From an uncultured delta proteobacterium (GTDB lineage Bacteria; Myxococcota_A; Polyangia; Polyangiales; Polyangiaceae): DNA of 64,000 nucleotides. The position numbers and the translations under genes were made by a program. Where the stretch lies: positions 64,001-128,000 of the forward strand of contig CAWAIF010000003.1 in the NCBI GenBank assembly GCA_963782055.1, given 5' to 3'. Positions within the stretch are counted from its first letter, which is position 1; each line of letters starts with the position of its first letter. Shown one piece after another: positions 20,523 through 29,677 of this stretch. The notes under the pieces were generated by a model, which saw nothing but the letters and a program-made list of their open reading frames with translations, did not search any database and had not been told where the DNA came from.

Positions 20523-22221
20523 ATGAAGCGAACGAGGGCTCTGGCGGTGTACGCGTTCACGTTGACCGGCGTCGTGGGGGGGGGGTTGGGGGCCTGCTCC
20601 ACGCGCCCACAGGAGGAAGCCGTCGCACGTTCGTCCGCAGGTCTGACGATCGCGCCGAACCAGCCCATACCAGGACCTCCCTGGCTGCACGAGACAGCGG
20701 TCGCCGCGGTGCTCGACCCGCAGACGCAGATGCGTAGGTGGGTGGTCGGATCCAACAACTGCCAGGACCCGCTGCACTGCAATGGCGGCAAGGTACCCGC
20801 GTGGTCGTTCTCGACCGACCTCACCGGCACGTCCTGGACCACCAGCCTGATGAGCACCGGCGCAGACTGGGGAGATCCGGGCATCGGCTCCAATGGCGTA
20901 TCTTTCGTGCCGGGCGGCGGGCTCCTGGGTGATCCGGGGCTCGCTGCAGTGACCGATCCCTCGATCTCGAACAACGGCTCTCGCGTCATCTACACCAGCG
21001 TCGCCTATGACGGCGCCGGAAACGTGAACTCACCCAGCGACATCGTGGCCGCAGTCTCCGACGACGGGGGAGCGCACTTCCACGACGCACAGTACGTCGA
21101 CATTCCGCTGACGAGCTGCGCAGTGAAGACGGGGGGTTGGAGGAAGAAGTGTGGCGCCGGGGGTACGGATGGCCCCTTCATCCAGTCCGACGCCAGTGGT
21201 CCCTTCAGTACGTACGTATCGTGGACCGCTGGTGGGGACGGATGGATCAACTGGATCCGATTCGATGCGCCGAATGCCGGCGGCGGCTTCACGAGGGGGC
21301 ACTCCAGTCCGGATTCCGAACGACGCCGATACTGGGAGCATCCACCCCAAGTTCGCGTTCGGTACCTTGATCGCGTGCTCGACGCAGACAGAACATGAAG
21401 CGCTGTACGTGGCCTGGCCGGAGGTGGTCTCCGGGCTCTACGCGGGGAGGTGCAATGGTACGCAGTCTTTGGTGCACGTCAGCTGGCGCTGGGCTGTGTA
21501 CGACACGGTGGACCAGGTCTGGTTCCCTCCCGTGGGGAACTGGACCATCGACGACGACACGGCGTGGCCCAACTGCGTGGGCAACCCGATCAACGTCGGC
21601 TACCCCACCGGATGGAACTCGACGAACCAGCCCTTCGCATCGGTCGCCGCGTTCCACAACCAGGTCGCCTTCGTCCACGACCGCTCCGGCTCCCACGGAC
21701 TGGGCACGCGAGTCAGCATCCACGACTACGCGTTGGTTTGCAGCGGCGGGACCCAGGTGCCCGCGCCGGGCCCCATCTACGAAGCCCCGGATCCCTGCTA
21801 CAACACCGCCGGGTGCAACTTCGTCGACGGTGGCCCCGGCGGGAACGGACCGGACGGTGGAGTCGTGGTGGCGGACGAGTGGGGCGCCGTCCTGTCGTTT
21901 CTTGGACCGCCTGCCGTTCCGAACCAGGAGCTCTTGCTGACCTGGTACGGTATGCGCGACGACACCACCTTCAACAACCAGTTTGCACGCGTCTACGGCG
22001 GCGTCACGGGCAACATCTGGGGTAATCCGTTCTTGATGATGCAGCCTGTCGCCGTTGGCACGCCGGGCCAGGCGGTTCCTTGGGACCACAACCTCGCGCC
22101 GTGGTGGGACTATCAGGCCATCGGGGCGGACGCCACATCCAACTCCTTCCTGGCCGCATGGGGCGGGGACGCTCGCTATGGCGGCCCGACGGCCATCTGG
22201 ACGGCGAGGGTCTTCCCGTGA
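20523..22221 (+). pseudogene. Secreted lipoprotein (BNR/Asp-box-like), split by a +1 frameshift (real or sequencing error)
   Basis: GGAGG RBS, LGAC lipobox and SDDGG.hF Asp-box-like motif. Removing one G from the G5 run at 21295-21299 joins track ORFs 20481..21398 and 21151..22221 into one frame (GFTRGTPVRIPND). Confidence 0.65.
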
Positions 22222-23186
22222 CGCAGCGCATCCGCCGTGGGCTGTCGCTTGCGGCCCTCGGACTCTGCGCTTGCGGGAGCACGCCCTCCGGGACGCCGGC
22301 AGACGCCGGCCCTCCGGAGGCGAGCGATGACGCCGGCGCGCCCCGGTGCGACGTCTCCGCTCCGTTCCAGGCAGCCGTACCCCTCGCGGGGATCGACACG
22401 CCCGACCACGACGAATACGACGTGCGGCTGACGCCCGACGAGCTCACGGCGTACTTCGTCAGCAACCGCGCGAGGGCGATGGCGAATCAGTCGGACGTGT
22501 TCGTGGCGACGCGCGACGCGGTCGGGGTGCCCTTCGGGACGCCAGCGCTCGTGCCGGGCATGGCGAACCCCAACGCGTCGGCCGAGGATCCGAACGTCAC
22601 GCCGGATCAACTCTCGCTGGTCTTCATCGGGGCGTGTAACAACATCTTCGACAGGCCGCCGCGTCTCTGCCAGGCGACGCGCCCGAGCACCTCGGTACCC
22701 TTCGGGACGCCCACGTTCATCACCACCGTGAACACCGGAGGCAGTCCCTATGTCGTTGACGATGGGCTCACCGTCTACTTCGAGACGAACCAGTGGGGCG
22801 GCGCGGACATCGGGGTGTCGCGGCGACCGGCGGTGGGCCAGCCCTTCGGGACCGCCCCGGCCATGGTGAAGGTCACCGGGATGGGAGACGCCGGCCCCGT
22901 GCTGCTCAACGGCCCCGTCCTCACGCCGGACGAGCGGACGATGTTCTTCTACCGGGCGGAGCTGCTCTCCGGACGGCAGATCGGCAACATCTGGCAAGCA
23001 ACCCGCGCGTCGACGGACGCGCCGTTCGGGGACGCAGGCGCCGTCGCCAGCCTCGCCACCGCCGCCGGTGAGTATGCGAACTGGATCTCCCCGGACGGCT
23101 GCAGGCTCTACTTCACCCGCGCGATCCCCACCGACCCCGCGGGGGATTTCCAGCAGGACATCTACGTGAGCGAGCGTGTGCACTGA
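22218..23186 (+). CDS. PD40/TolB-like beta-propeller lipoprotein, copy 1
   Basis: GTG start overlaps the upstream stop (GTGA); LCAC lipobox; repeats LTPDE.t.yF / ATR....pFG.P / ISPDGCRLYF. Confidence 0.8.
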   Translation: MTQRIRRGLSLAALGLCACGSTPSGTPADAGPPEASDDAGAPRCDVSAPFQAAVPLAGIDTPDHDEYDVRLTPDELTAYFVSNRARAMANQSDVFVATRDAVGVPFGTPALVPGMANPNASAEDPNVTPDQLSLVFIGACNNIFDRPPRLCQATRPSTSVPFGTPTFITTVNTGGSPYVVDDGLTVYFETNQWGGADIGVSRRPAVGQPFGTAPAMVKVTGMGDAGPVLLNGPVLTPDERTMFFYRAELLSGRQIGNIWQATRASTDAPFGDAGAVASLATAAGEYANWISPDGCRLYFTRAIPTDPAGDFQQDIYVSERVH

Positions 23187-23232
23187 CGCGGCACTCCGGG
23201 TGTCCCATCGTCGGATGGCACAAGTCGTGAAC

Positions 23233-23397
23233 GGCACGCAGGGCCAGACGGTTCCGTGGCACCACAACCTCGCGCCGTGGTGGGACCACCAGGCCATCGG
23301 GGCGGACGCCACATCCAACTCCTTCCTGGCCGCATGGGGCGGGGACGCTCGCTATGGCGGCCCGACAGGCCTCTGGACGGCGAGGGTCTTCCCGTGA
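23233..23397 (+). pseudogene. Duplicated 3' fragment of the 20523-22221 gene
   Basis: Encodes GTQGQTVPWHHNLAPWWDHQAIG..WTARVFP, matching the end of the upstream protein with several substitutions. Confidence 0.85.
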
Positions 23398-24362
23398 CGC
23401 AGCGCATCTGCCGTGGGCTGTCGCTTGCGGCCCTCGGACTCTGCGCTTGCGGGAGCACGCCCTCCGGGACGCCGGCAGACGCCGGCCCTCCGGAGGCGAG
23501 CGATGACGCCGGCGCGCCCCGGTGCGACGTCTCCGCTCCGTTCCAGGCAGCCGTACCCCTCGCGGGGATCGACACGCCCGACCACGACGAGTACGACGTG
23601 CGGCTGACGCCCGACGAACGCACGGCGTACTTCATCAGCAACCGCGCACGCGCGGACCCGACCCAGTCGGACGTGTTCGTGGCGACGCGCGACGCGGTCG
23701 GGGAGCCGTTCGGGACGCCGGCGCTCGTGCCGGGCATGGCGTATCCCAACGCCTCGGCCGAGGATCCGAACGTCACGCCGGATCAGCTCTCGCTGGTGTT
23801 CATTGGCGCGCCCAACACCATCTTCGACAGGCCGCCTCGACTCTGCGAGGCGACGCGCCCGAGCACCTCGGTACCCTTCGGGACGCCCACGTTCATCACC
23901 ACCGTGAACACCGGAGCCGCGCCCTACCTCGTCAACGATGGGCTCACAGTGTACTTCGTGACGCACCAGTGGGGCGGCGAGGACATCGGGGTGTCGCGGC
24001 GACCGGCGGTGGGCCAGCCCTTCGGGACCGCCCCGGCCTTGGTGCCAGTCACCGGGATGGGAGACGCCGGCCCCGTGCTGCTCAACGGCCCAGTCCTCAC
24101 GCCGGACGAGCGGACGATGTTCTTCGTGCGGGTGGATCTGGTGTCGGGGCGGGTGCTCGGCAACATCTGGCAGGCCAGCCGCGCGTCGACGGACGCGCCG
24201 TTCGGGGACGCCGGCGCCGTCGGCAGCCTCGCCACCGCCGCCGGTGAGGCTGCGAACTGGATCTCCCCGGACGGCTGCAGGCTCTACTTCACCCGCGCGA
24301 TCCCCACCGACCCCGCGGGGGACTTCCAGCAGGACATCTACGTGAGCGAGCGGGCGCGCTGA
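23394..24362 (+). CDS. PD40/TolB-like beta-propeller lipoprotein, copy 2
   Basis: Same length as copy 1, with clustered amino-acid differences. Confidence 0.8.
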   Translation: MTQRICRGLSLAALGLCACGSTPSGTPADAGPPEASDDAGAPRCDVSAPFQAAVPLAGIDTPDHDEYDVRLTPDERTAYFISNRARADPTQSDVFVATRDAVGEPFGTPALVPGMAYPNASAEDPNVTPDQLSLVFIGAPNTIFDRPPRLCEATRPSTSVPFGTPTFITTVNTGAAPYLVNDGLTVYFVTHQWGGEDIGVSRRPAVGQPFGTAPALVPVTGMGDAGPVLLNGPVLTPDERTMFFVRVDLVSGRVLGNIWQASRASTDAPFGDAGAVGSLATAAGEAANWISPDGCRLYFTRAIPTDPAGDFQQDIYVSERAR

Positions 24363-24487
24363 CGCGTCATTCCGGGTGCCTCGCCTCGTTCGTGCCCACG
24401 CCCGGCAAGACCGGCTGGCGACACTCACCTCAGAGTGACGCGGTCTCCCTTGTGCTTCCCCCCACCTGGGGCGAAATAGCGCCCGCC

Positions 24488-25519
24488 ATGACCGAGAGCC
24501 TCTCGCACATCCCGCCGGCCGCCGCCCCGCTGGTGGGCACCACCCTCCGCGACCACGTCCTGGCCGGGATGCGCGCCGCGCCGGGCTCGACCGGCGAGTT
24601 CACCTCGCTCCTCAGCCACGTCTCGCTGGCCATGCGCATCATCGCCATGCGCGTGCGCAACGCCGGCCTCGCCAACATGCTCGGCTACACCGGCGACACC
24701 AACGTGCAGGGCGAGGCGGTGCAGAAGCTGGACGAGTTCGCCAACGAGGTGCTCATCAACGTGCTCGAGCGCAGCGGGCACTGCGGCATCCTCGGCAGCG
24801 AGGAGCTGGACACCGCGCGCATCGCCGGGCATCCGGGCAAGTACGTGGTGCTCTTCGACCCCCTCGATGGCTCGAGCAACATCGACGTCAACGTCACCAT
24901 CGGCACCATCTTCGCGGTGCTCCGGCGCCTCGACCCCACCTCGCCGCCGACCGTCCACGAGGCGCTGCGCCCGGGCCGCGACATCATCGCCGCCGGCTAC
25001 TGCCTCTACGGCCCCTCCACCGTGATGGTGCTCTCCACCGGCCACGGCGTGCACTCCTTCACCCTCAACCCGACCGTCGGCGAGTTCTTCCTCTCCCACG
25101 CCAACGTGCGCTGCGCCGCGCGTGGCGGCACCTACTCGGTCAACGAGGGCAACCACGCCCGCTGGACCGACGGCGTGAAGAAGTGGAACGCGTGGATCAA
25201 GGGCGAGGACAAGGAGGAGGGCCGCCCGTACGGGCACCGCTACGTCGGGTCGCTGGTGGCCGACGCGCACCGCACGCTCCTGCGCGGCGGCGTCTTCGCC
25301 TACCCCGCCGACAAGAAGAGCCCCAAGGGCAAGCTGCGGCTGCTCTACGAGGCCAACCCGATGGCCTTCATCTTCGAGCAGGCGGGCGGCGCCGCCATTG
25401 ACGGCGAGCATCGCATCCTGGACATCGTGCCCCAGACGCTCCACCAGCGGGCCCCGCTGATCCTCGGGTCGAAGGACGACGTCGAGGACTTCCGCGCGTT
25501 CGCGACCGGCGCCCGCTGA
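24488..25519 (+). CDS. fbp: Fructose-1,6-bisphosphatase class 1
   Basis: NVQGEAVQKLD, SEE, FDPLDGSSNIDVN, RYVGSLVAD.HR and KLRLLYEANP motifs. Confidence 0.95.
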   Translation: MTESLSHIPPAAAPLVGTTLRDHVLAGMRAAPGSTGEFTSLLSHVSLAMRIIAMRVRNAGLANMLGYTGDTNVQGEAVQKLDEFANEVLINVLERSGHCGILGSEELDTARIAGHPGKYVVLFDPLDGSSNIDVNVTIGTIFAVLRRLDPTSPPTVHEALRPGRDIIAAGYCLYGPSTVMVLSTGHGVHSFTLNPTVGEFFLSHANVRCAARGGTYSVNEGNHARWTDGVKKWNAWIKGEDKEEGRPYGHRYVGSLVADAHRTLLRGGVFAYPADKKSPKGKLRLLYEANPMAFIFEQAGGAAIDGEHRILDIVPQTLHQRAPLILGSKDDVEDFRAFATGAR

Positions 25520-25596
25520 ACGCGCTCGCGTCCCTTTGACGCCCGGCCGTCGGGCGGGTTACTCCTGTTCGCCCAAGGAAGGAAGAGGATGGCTCC

Positions 25597-26391
25597 ATGA
25601 AGAAGCTCGCCGTCGCGCTCGCGCTCGTCACGCTGGTCGGATGTCACAAGACGGAGAAGGCTACCGCTGCCGGAGACTCCGGCGCCGCCGCCACGTCCAC
25701 CACCGAGACACCCTCCGTGGTGCAGAAGGCCCTCTCCTTCGTGACGGGCAGCACGCCCTTCGAGGGCGACATCACGATGAACGTGTCCGACCACGGCAAG
25801 CCCCCGCAGACCATCACCTACGAGGTCAAGGGCAGCAAGATGCGCTTCGACGCGCCTACGGGCAGGCCAGGCGGCTCGGGCTACGCCATCATGGACACCA
25901 GCAACAAGAAGATGATCACCGTCGTCGACGCCCAGAAGCTGGCGATGGTCATGAACATGGACGACGTCGGCAAGGGCGCCGGGCCCGCCGCGGCCGCGGG
26001 GGCCGCCGCCGCACCCAAGATCGACAAGACCGGAAAGACCGACACCGTCGCCGGCTACCAGTGCGACATCTGGAACGTCACCGCGCAGAGCGGCAACAAG
26101 AGCGAGGTGTGCGTGACCAAGGGCATCACCTGGTTCTCCTCCATGAAGGACCCCTCCAAGGCGTGGATGAGCACGCTCACCGGCGAGGGCATGTTCCCGC
26201 TCCGCGCGGTGACCAGCGACCCGACCGGCAAGGAGGTCTCGCGCATGGAGGTCACCAAGGTGGACAAGAAGTCGATCGACGACTCCCGCTTCGAGGTCCC
26301 CGCCGGCTACAAGACGATGGACATGGGGGACATGATGAAGAACCTCGGCAACATGCGGGGCATGGGCGCGATGGGGCACCACCCGCGCTGA
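25597..26391 (+). CDS. DUF4412-like lipoprotein
   Basis: LVGC lipobox; KTGKTDTVAGY.C, FPLR and FEVPAGY motifs. Confidence 0.75.
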   Translation: MKKLAVALALVTLVGCHKTEKATAAGDSGAAATSTTETPSVVQKALSFVTGSTPFEGDITMNVSDHGKPPQTITYEVKGSKMRFDAPTGRPGGSGYAIMDTSNKKMITVVDAQKLAMVMNMDDVGKGAGPAAAAGAAAAPKIDKTGKTDTVAGYQCDIWNVTAQSGNKSEVCVTKGITWFSSMKDPSKAWMSTLTGEGMFPLRAVTSDPTGKEVSRMEVTKVDKKSIDDSRFEVPAGYKTMDMGDMMKNLGNMRGMGAMGHHPR

Positions 26392-26392
26392 G

Positions 26393-26439
26393 CCTCACCC
26401 TCCGTCTCCCTCTCCACCTCGTGGAGAGGGGGAGGAGGG
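26393..26439. terminator. REP-like hairpin / bidirectional terminator between convergent genes
   Basis: Stem CCCTCTCCAC (26408-26417) / GTGGAGAGGG (26421-26430), preceded by CCTCACCC. Confidence 0.55.
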
Positions 26440-27096
26440 TCACACGCCCTTCGCGTCGGGCGGCCAGATGTACTTGTGCATCTGGAGCTGCACCCGGACG
26501 GGCAGCGCGTCCTGCAGCACCCACGCCACCAGCTCGCGCGCGGCGAGGCGGCCGAAGACGGTGCTCGCCAGCAGGTTGGGGGTGCGCTCTGCCAGGTGCC
26601 GCTCCCGCACCGTGTCGCGCATCCACTCGTAGTCGCGCCGGTCCTGCAGCACGAACTTGATCTCGTCGCGCGCGGTGAGGTGCTCCAGGTTGCTCCAGCG
26701 GTTGCGCGGCGACTCCCCGGAGCCCGGCGCCTTGAGGTCCATGATCTTGTGCACGCGCGCATCCACCCGCGAGACGTCCGCCTCGCCGCTCGTCTCGACG
26801 AGCACCGTCTTGCCGGCGTCGCACAGCTCGGTCAGGAGCAGCGGTACGCCGGGCTGCAGCAGCGGCTCGCCGCCTGTCAGCTCCACCAGCCTCGTGCCCA
26901 GGGCCAGTGCCTTCGCCAGCACCTCTTCTCTTCGCATGCGCGTCCCGTCGTAAAACGCCTGAGGCGTATCGCACCAGGCGCAGCGCAGGTTGCAGCCGGT
27001 GGTCCGGACGAAGGCGCACGGCAGCCCGGCGAAGGTCGATTCGCCCTGGATGCTCGCGTAGATCTCGTGGATGACGAGGGTGTCTTCCTTGGCCAT
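26440..27096 (-). CDS. queE: 7-carboxy-7-deazaguanine synthase (radical SAM)
   Basis: EIYASIQGES, FVRTTGCNLRCAWCDT, TGGEPLLQ and LQMHKYIW motifs. Confidence 0.9.
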   Translation of the reverse strand: MAKEDTLVIHEIYASIQGESTFAGLPCAFVRTTGCNLRCAWCDTPQAFYDGTRMRREEVLAKALALGTRLVELTGGEPLLQPGVPLLLTELCDAGKTVLVETSGEADVSRVDARVHKIMDLKAPGSGESPRNRWSNLEHLTARDEIKFVLQDRRDYEWMRDTVRERHLAERTPNLLASTVFGRLAARELVAWVLQDALPVRVQLQMHKYIWPPDAKGV

Positions 27097-27121
27097 GGCG
27101 CGGGAGGCGTGACGGGGTGGG

Positions 27122-27346
27122 CTACGGGGAGAGCTCGATCGGGATCTCGCTGGGCGGCGCTCGCGGCGCCGACGCGGTGGCCGGCGGGCGAGGCGCGGGC
27201 CGCGGCCGGTAGTGCAGATAGAGGGCATAGACGGCTCCGCCCACCGCCACCAGCGCCAGCAGCACGATACGCAAGAGCCCGCCGGTGACCACCGGGACCC
27301 GCTGCGGCTGCGACGGCTTCTGGAAATGCGGCTTGCCGAGGCTCAC
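27122..27346 (-). CDS. Small single-TM Pro-rich protein
   Basis: GTG start; hydrophobic LLRIVLLALVAVGGAVYALY followed by a Pro-rich tail; fills the gap upstream of queE. Confidence 0.55.
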   Translation of the reverse strand: MSLGKPHFQKPSQPQRVPVVTGGLLRIVLLALVAVGGAVYALYLHYRPRPAPRPPATASAPRAPPSEIPIELSP

Positions 27347-27390
27347 GCCGAGGTTTTGACATTGGTGGCCGGCGGGGACAACGTCAACCC

Positions 27391-29595
27391 GTGCGAGCCC
27401 CGGTGTTCTCCCACGTCCGCGCCATCGCCCTCGGGGCGTGCGTCGCGGGGGCCGGGTGCGCCGTGCCAGGGAGCGTCCCGCCCGCGCCGGCGTCCGCGGC
27501 CTCCTCGCCCGCACCGCGCCACGTGACCGAGGCGCGGGCCACCCCGCCGCAGGGGTCTTACTGGCAGGACGTGGCGTTCTCCGTCGCGCCCGGTCCGGCC
27601 TCGCGCGTCGTGCCCCTCGCCCCCGACGAGCTGGCCGTGCTGGCGATCGCCCAGGCCCAGCTCGGCCCGCGCCCGGCGGAGGCGGAGGAGGCGCTGCGCA
27701 AGGCGGGCGTGGTGGTGCTGCCCGCGACGGACCACCAGGTGTCGATGGGTGCATTCTACACGCACCTTCTCGAGGCGGGCGTCCCCTACGTGGTGACGAT
27801 GGACGCCCTGTTCGGTGTGGCGCGCGCCGCGGTCGACGCCGCGCTGGAGGAAGCCGACCGCCGCGTGACCATGCCCGACCTCGCCGCGCTGCTCGGCGCC
27901 ATGGCCGCAGCCCTGGAGCGCGAGCGCGTGGCGTCGCGTCCGGACACCGTCGCCGCCTGCGACATGCTCCGCGCGGTGGTCGCGGTGGCGCGCGGGCTCC
28001 TCGACCCGGCGACGCCTCCGCCGGCGGACCTGGCCGCGGAGGTGAAGGACGAGCTCGCCCGGGTGAACGCCCACGTGGGCATCGGGCCGAGCCCGGTGCT
28101 GCGGCGGCCCGTCGACTACGCCGTCTTCGACGCGCAGCGCGGGCTGCTCGGCACCGACCCGCGCGTCGGCGCCTTCCGGGCCATCACCTACCTCGCCCAG
28201 GCGGCGATGGAGCTGGCCCCGCGGCCCGGCGCGCGCGCGCCGGTGACGGTGGAGCAGATGCGCACCTTCACGCGCGCGGCGATGACGGCCTCGCGCCTGC
28301 TGCACGCGGGTGGCGACGCGACCGCCACCGCGGCGTGGGAGCGGCTGGACGATCTGCGCACCTTCGCCGAGGGACCCGCCGACGATCTGGGGCCGCGCGA
28401 TCTGTGGCGCGTGGCCGCCTCCCTGGGCGTGGACCTGCGCGACGGCGAGTCGGTGGTGGACGTCGCGCGGGTGGACCGCCTGCGGCGCGGCGCGGCCCGC
28501 AACGCCGCCGGCTCGCGCGTGGACGACCTGGGCGTGCGGGCGCCCGCCGGGACGCTCGACTCCCCCCTCGTCGTCTTCCGCGTGCTGGGGCCGAGCGCGC
28601 CGCCCGACGTCCTCGCGCTCGCGAGGCTGACCGGTCCGCGCCTGGGCGCCCTGCGCGGCGATCGCCCCACGGCGACGGCCCAGGGCGGCGTGCGCGCGCT
28701 GCCCACCGCCCTGGACGTGGCGGCCGCGTTCGGGTCCTCCGCCGCGCGCGACGCGCTCCACGAGGCCGGGGACGACGCCTACGAGGGCTTCGACGGCGCG
28801 CTGGCCGACGCGCGCCGCGCCCTCCCCGCCGCGTCCGGCGCGAGGCACCGCTCGCTCTACCTCTCCTTCCTGGACGCCATCGCGACCTACCTGCAGCCGT
28901 CGGTCGCCGACGCCACGCAGCCGGCAGCCGGCTCGGTGGCGGAGGCGCGGCGGAGGGTGAACGCGGCGCTCGTGGCGTGGGCCACCCTCCGGCACGACAC
29001 GGCGCCGCTATCGCGCGACGCGGCGCGGGACGTGGCCGAGGAGGACCCGCCGCCGCCCGTCGCAGGCCCGCCGGCGATGGTGGAGCCTCACCCGGAGACC
29101 ATCGCGCGGCTGCTCGCGCTGGTCCGGCAGACCTCACGCGGGCTGCGCGCGCACCGCGCGCTGAGCGACGACGGGCCCGCGGCCGCGCTGCTGGCGCGCG
29201 CGGAGTCGGTGCTCGCCGACGCGCTCGCCGTCGCGGTGACCGAGACGGACGGGAGGAAGCTGACGACGACGCAGCAGCGCGCGGTATGGGCGATGCCGGC
29301 GGAGCTCGCGGGGATCGAGCAGCGGCTGGGCGTCGGGCTGGGTGCCCCGCGCATCGCGACGGTGCACGTGGACGTGCCCAGCGGTCGCGCGCTGCAGGTG
29401 GGCACGGGCTTCGTCCGGCGGGAGTGGCTCGCGCTGCGCGCGCCGGGGACCACCAGCGCGGAGGCCTTCGCCGGCGCGTTCGTGCCGCAGTACGAGGTGG
29501 CCGACACGCTCCGGTGGACCGACGTCGCGTGGGCGAGGCGCCTGATCGAGGCGCCGCCGCCCGAGCCGGCGTACACGCGCGTCCTCGCGCTGTGA
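27391..29595 (+). CDS. DUF3160-like exported protein
   Basis: Signal/lipobox; PYVVTMDALF, RALPTALDV...GS and AW..LRHDT motifs resembling DUF3160. Confidence 0.6.
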   Translation: MRAPVFSHVRAIALGACVAGAGCAVPGSVPPAPASAASSPAPRHVTEARATPPQGSYWQDVAFSVAPGPASRVVPLAPDELAVLAIAQAQLGPRPAEAEEALRKAGVVVLPATDHQVSMGAFYTHLLEAGVPYVVTMDALFGVARAAVDAALEEADRRVTMPDLAALLGAMAAALERERVASRPDTVAACDMLRAVVAVARGLLDPATPPPADLAAEVKDELARVNAHVGIGPSPVLRRPVDYAVFDAQRGLLGTDPRVGAFRAITYLAQAAMELAPRPGARAPVTVEQMRTFTRAAMTASRLLHAGGDATATAAWERLDDLRTFAEGPADDLGPRDLWRVAASLGVDLRDGESVVDVARVDRLRRGAARNAAGSRVDDLGVRAPAGTLDSPLVVFRVLGPSAPPDVLALARLTGPRLGALRGDRPTATAQGGVRALPTALDVAAAFGSSAARDALHEAGDDAYEGFDGALADARRALPAASGARHRSLYLSFLDAIATYLQPSVADATQPAAGSVAEARRRVNAALVAWATLRHDTAPLSRDAARDVAEEDPPPPVAGPPAMVEPHPETIARLLALVRQTSRGLRAHRALSDDGPAAALLARAESVLADALAVAVTETDGRKLTTTQQRAVWAMPAELAGIEQRLGVGLGAPRIATVHVDVPSGRALQVGTGFVRREWLALRAPGTTSAEAFAGAFVPQYEVADTLRWTDVAWARRLIEAPPPEPAYTRVLAL

Positions 29596-29677
29596 GGCGG
29601 CGGCGCCTGGGTGACAGTGTGCTTGCTGCGCTTCGCCCCGGGCAGGCGAGCGCAGTTCGCGCTACCATCGCCGCCCC

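Larger units (their letters stand above)
22057..24379 (+). repeat. Tandem duplication, period 1176 bp (22057-23203 vs 23233-24379)
   Basis: Near-identical sequence read directly. Each unit is the 3' end of the upstream gene plus a complete propeller lipoprotein gene. Confidence 0.95.

Noticed and set aside
22057..24379. Diversity-generating retroelement TR/VR pair
   Set aside because: Differences involve all four bases rather than only adenines, the repeat spans a whole gene, and no reverse transcriptase is present.
26440..27096. queE as part of a 7-deazaguanine DNA-modification (Dpd) system
   Set aside because: No dpdA/tgt-like, queC or queD genes nearby; ordinary queuosine pathway is the simpler reading.
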